Assembly: GCA_002730095.1 (NCBI GenBank)
Contig: PBZE01000044.1
Coordinates: 2,904-66,903, forward strand
Source: Methanobacteriota archaeon
GTDB taxonomy: Archaea > Thermoplasmatota > Poseidoniia > Poseidoniales > Thalassarchaeaceae
Length of the DNA: 64,000 bases
Reading direction: 5' to 3'
A program made the translations under genes and the position numbers. Numbering within the stretch: the first letter of the stretch is position 1; every line of letters begins with the position of its first letter. This document shows positions 61,750 through 64,000 of this stretch, piece by piece. The notes below the pieces were generated by a model. The model was not told the origin of the DNA. It made no database searches and saw only the letters and a program-made list of their open reading frames with translations.

Positions 61750-62844
61750 TCACCCAGATATTTCGTATTCGCATACGAATTTACCAACTCGTTCTATTCC
61801 ATGATAATCAGTGAAATAAGAATCTAGGTAGCTATCAGGCTCAATGTCCTCAAACAAATCTGGATGTAACATCTTAGCCAAGGTGGGAAGTCCATGAATC
61901 ATCATAGGGCCCGCAAATTCCCCAGACATAATGGCCATGTTACCGTTAACCACAGCTGCCATTCCGTCAAATCCAGGCCTGTCTGCTATGAATTCCATAT
62001 GGGATTTACATCTGTCTTCTTCGTCAAAAGAATCAAATCCTATATCAAAAGTTATTCCGTCAAACATTAACATATCTGGATTAGAATCCAAGATAGCTTC
62101 CATGTCGACGTGTGTGGTGTGACCAGGTAAGTTTGAGAAAACATTCACCCCTCCCGCCATGTGTATGATGTCATTCCACTGAGAGGTTCCAGTCAGTACC
62201 ACTGGGTCCCTAGTAAGAGAAGCATGGTGTTCCATTACGATGCTTGGCCTACTTGAGTCATCTATGCTGCCAATCCTCGAGCTTACCATGGCTTCGATTT
62301 CATCGAAATTATCGAACAATGATTTCGCTTCTGTCTGCTTTCCGAACAATTCGGCAATAACGCCAATCTCGTACCTAAGATTATCATATTTGTAGAAATC
62401 CAAGCCCATCACCTTTATCCCAGCTGGCTCTAGTTTTTCCCGAATCGCATCTGTGTCGACCATCCCGTTAGTAGCGAATACGATATACAAGTCTGGCCTC
62501 GAATCAAGTAGTGCCTCGAAGTCAATTTCCGAGTGCGCACTTTTCTGGATCATAGGCGTATCTGCATATTCGGGCCATAGAGTTGATCCATGGAAATCAC
62601 CCGATACCCCAACGACAATTTCCGAATCAACATTCAGCATTCTCATCACCGTCGCAGCGTATGTGTTGGTTATAGCAACACGATCTGGGGAGCCTGAAAA
62701 TTTGTGATTTACCCCATTTGAATCAGTAACTTCGATATTGAATTCTGCAGCCTCCATCGTCCCATCTTCAGTAAATTGATAAGCACTAAGGGAAAAGGTG
62801 ACTATTATCGCGATCTGAATCAACGCTATACTGTATTTCTGCAA
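61750..62844 (-). CDS. Periplasmic-binding-protein type 2 (FepB/HmuT/BtuF-like) substrate-binding protein
   Basis: N-terminal anchor IALIQIAIIVTFSL. RVAITNTYAATVMRML, PDLYIVF and DMLMFDG. Operon position upstream of the FecCD permease. Confidence 0.75.
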   Translation of the reverse strand: MQKYSIALIQIAIIVTFSLSAYQFTEDGTMEAAEFNIEVTDSNGVNHKFSGSPDRVAITNTYAATVMRMLNVDSEIVVGVSGDFHGSTLWPEYADTPMIQKSAHSEIDFEALLDSRPDLYIVFATNGMVDTDAIREKLEPAGIKVMGLDFYKYDNLRYEIGVIAELFGKQTEAKSLFDNFDEIEAMVSSRIGSIDDSSRPSIVMEHHASLTRDPVVLTGTSQWNDIIHMAGGVNVFSNLPGHTTHVDMEAILDSNPDMLMFDGITFDIGFDSFDEEDRCKSHMEFIADRPGFDGMAAVVNGNMAIMSGEFAGPMMIHGLPTLAKMLHPDLFEDIEPDSYLDSYFTDYHGIERVGKFVCEYEISG

Positions 62845-62848
62845 CTAA

Positions 62849-64000
62849 TCACCCTACTTCTCCTTTCCCTAGGTCTCCCTGTTTTCTGAGAAATACCCCT
62901 GTCAACATTGCCAAGAAAACAGAGCCTCCGAAGATCATGACGATGCTAAAATCTCCGCTTTCCGATTCCTCGACAGTCACAAACACGGAATCAGAGTATT
63001 CGGAAACCTTTCCAAATGCCATCGTATTTACTCTGATACGATTTAGGCCAATTTCTGAGATTTCAATTATAGCACTGGTCTCCGTACCGTTGTAAGCTTC
63101 AATTGTACGGCCATTCTCAGATTGGACGATGACTGAATACCATTCTGACCCCTCAACCACATCCCAACTGAGAGTTATCGAGTCCCCCTCAGTAATTACA
63201 GAAGTAGGGGCCCTTACATTCGGTTTCGAGGGAACAAAGTCAACAGTTATCGATAGACTGTCTCCATCAATACTGTAACCATCCATCAGTGCCGAGATAA
63301 CATAGTTGTATTCCCCATCCAAAGCGTCTGAGAAATCTACTGAGGTTTCTGTACCCTGGTATATTATTGCTCCATTCTCAAATAAACGATACCCCGTCGA
63401 ACCAGGGTACTCGCCCCATTCGATCGTAAAGTCCATCGTGGCCAAATCAGAATCCTGGGTGATAAATTGGGGTGTCGTCGGAACGTTGTAAGACAACAGC
63501 TCATATTCGACCCTCTCCGAATGAGATCCAGACAGCCTGTCTACAATCCTTACCCAATTTTTTACCGAATTATTGTACCAAAGTTCCCAAGAAACGATTC
63601 CATCTTCATTATCTATGATTCTGTAATATGTGGTTTCGAAATCCCCTGCTGGCGTGGTGACTAAAACGCCCTCTTCCTTGATGATGGTGTTGAATGTGTC
63701 ATCATACCCATCGGGATGGCCAGGCACCCCAATCACATTGGTTCTATTGAAGTGAACGAAGATTTCCTGGGATAAACCAAATAATCCCGTTGAAGCTCCA
63801 TCAGAGTCGGTAAAGTTCCATCCAAGTGTTCCCTCTGTGTAGTAAGATGAAGACTCGGGATCATCTACCCAGTAGGTATGGACGTTTAGGAGATTTTCAG
63901 AATCAACCCACCTGTAGGATCTTTCTTCAGGCATCTGATAATCTCCTGTGAGCCTCATTAGAAAGGCCTGTTTTTCTGTTCCGAAGGAATCCATAATCAT
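62849..64000 (-). CDS. Surface protein with two fibronectin-III-like domains and a C-terminal TM anchor; 5' end may lie beyond the window
   Basis: TIEWGEYPGSTGYRLFENG...YNYVISAL and ITLSWDVVEGSEWYSVIV...NRIRVNTMA are FN3-like. C-terminal helix IVMIFGGSVFLAMLTGVF then RKQ. The ORF reaches the window edge exactly at an ATG, so the true start is undetermined. Confidence 0.6.
   Translation of the reverse strand: MIMDSFGTEKQAFLMRLTGDYQMPEERSYRWVDSENLLNVHTYWVDDPESSSYYTEGTLGWNFTDSDGASTGLFGLSQEIFVHFNRTNVIGVPGHPDGYDDTFNTIIKEEGVLVTTPAGDFETTYYRIIDNEDGIVSWELWYNNSVKNWVRIVDRLSGSHSERVEYELLSYNVPTTPQFITQDSDLATMDFTIEWGEYPGSTGYRLFENGAIIYQGTETSVDFSDALDGEYNYVISALMDGYSIDGDSLSITVDFVPSKPNVRAPTSVITEGDSITLSWDVVEGSEWYSVIVQSENGRTIEAYNGTETSAIIEISEIGLNRIRVNTMAFGKVSEYSDSVFVTVEESESGDFSIVMIFGGSVFLAMLTGVFLRKQGDLGKGEVG

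Noticed and set aside
59854-62844. Naming the ABC importer hmuTUV (hemin) or btuFCD (cobalamin)
   Set aside because: Family-level motifs cannot discriminate the substrate. Only the neighbouring HugZ-like gene hints at heme, so gene symbols are withheld.

Overview
Gene-dense archaeal chromosomal segment: about 69 protein-coding genes and six tRNA genes. I saw no rRNA, no CRISPR array, and no transposase or integrase. Archaeal information-processing markers are present: PolD small subunit DP1, the L44e-S27e-aIF2alpha-Nop10-PAC2 cluster, L37e, Nob1, archaeal-type TyrRS and PheRS-alpha, and LonB. They are interleaved with bacterial-looking metabolic genes: ETF alpha/beta, two acyl-CoA dehydrogenases, a long-form HMG-CoA synthase, SufS-SufE-DUF59, a class II tRNA nucleotidyltransferase, and a FecCD-type ABC importer. 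This mix fits an uncultured marine heterotrophic euryarchaeote (Marine Group II / Thermoplasmatota-like), but that placement is inference only. The six tRNA genes (Val-CAC, Ser-CGA, Val-TAC, Glu-TTC, Thr-TGT, Ala-TGC) all carry a genomically encoded 3' CCA. The most interesting region is 49.9-58.8 kb. It is a tightly packed, entirely extracytoplasmic gene set holding two paralogous histidine-rich LVIVD-type beta-propeller proteins, two Sco1/SenC copper-chaperone homologs with large insertions, two paralogous small cupredoxin-like anchored proteins predicted to start with His after signal cleavage, and a YHYH-domain surface protein. I interpret it as a candidate uncharacterised extracellular copper-dependent enzyme system. 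Other notable items are a PiT phosphate permease fused to a PhoU-like DUF47 domain next to an AbrB-PhoU regulator, a Cas4-like Fe-S nuclease fused to OB folds, a bacterial-type class II CCA/A-adding enzyme, a zinc-less L44e, a lysine-less GcvH-like protein, and a putative heme-uptake/HugZ-like cluster. All calls come from reading the translations and tRNA folds by eye; no database search was possible.
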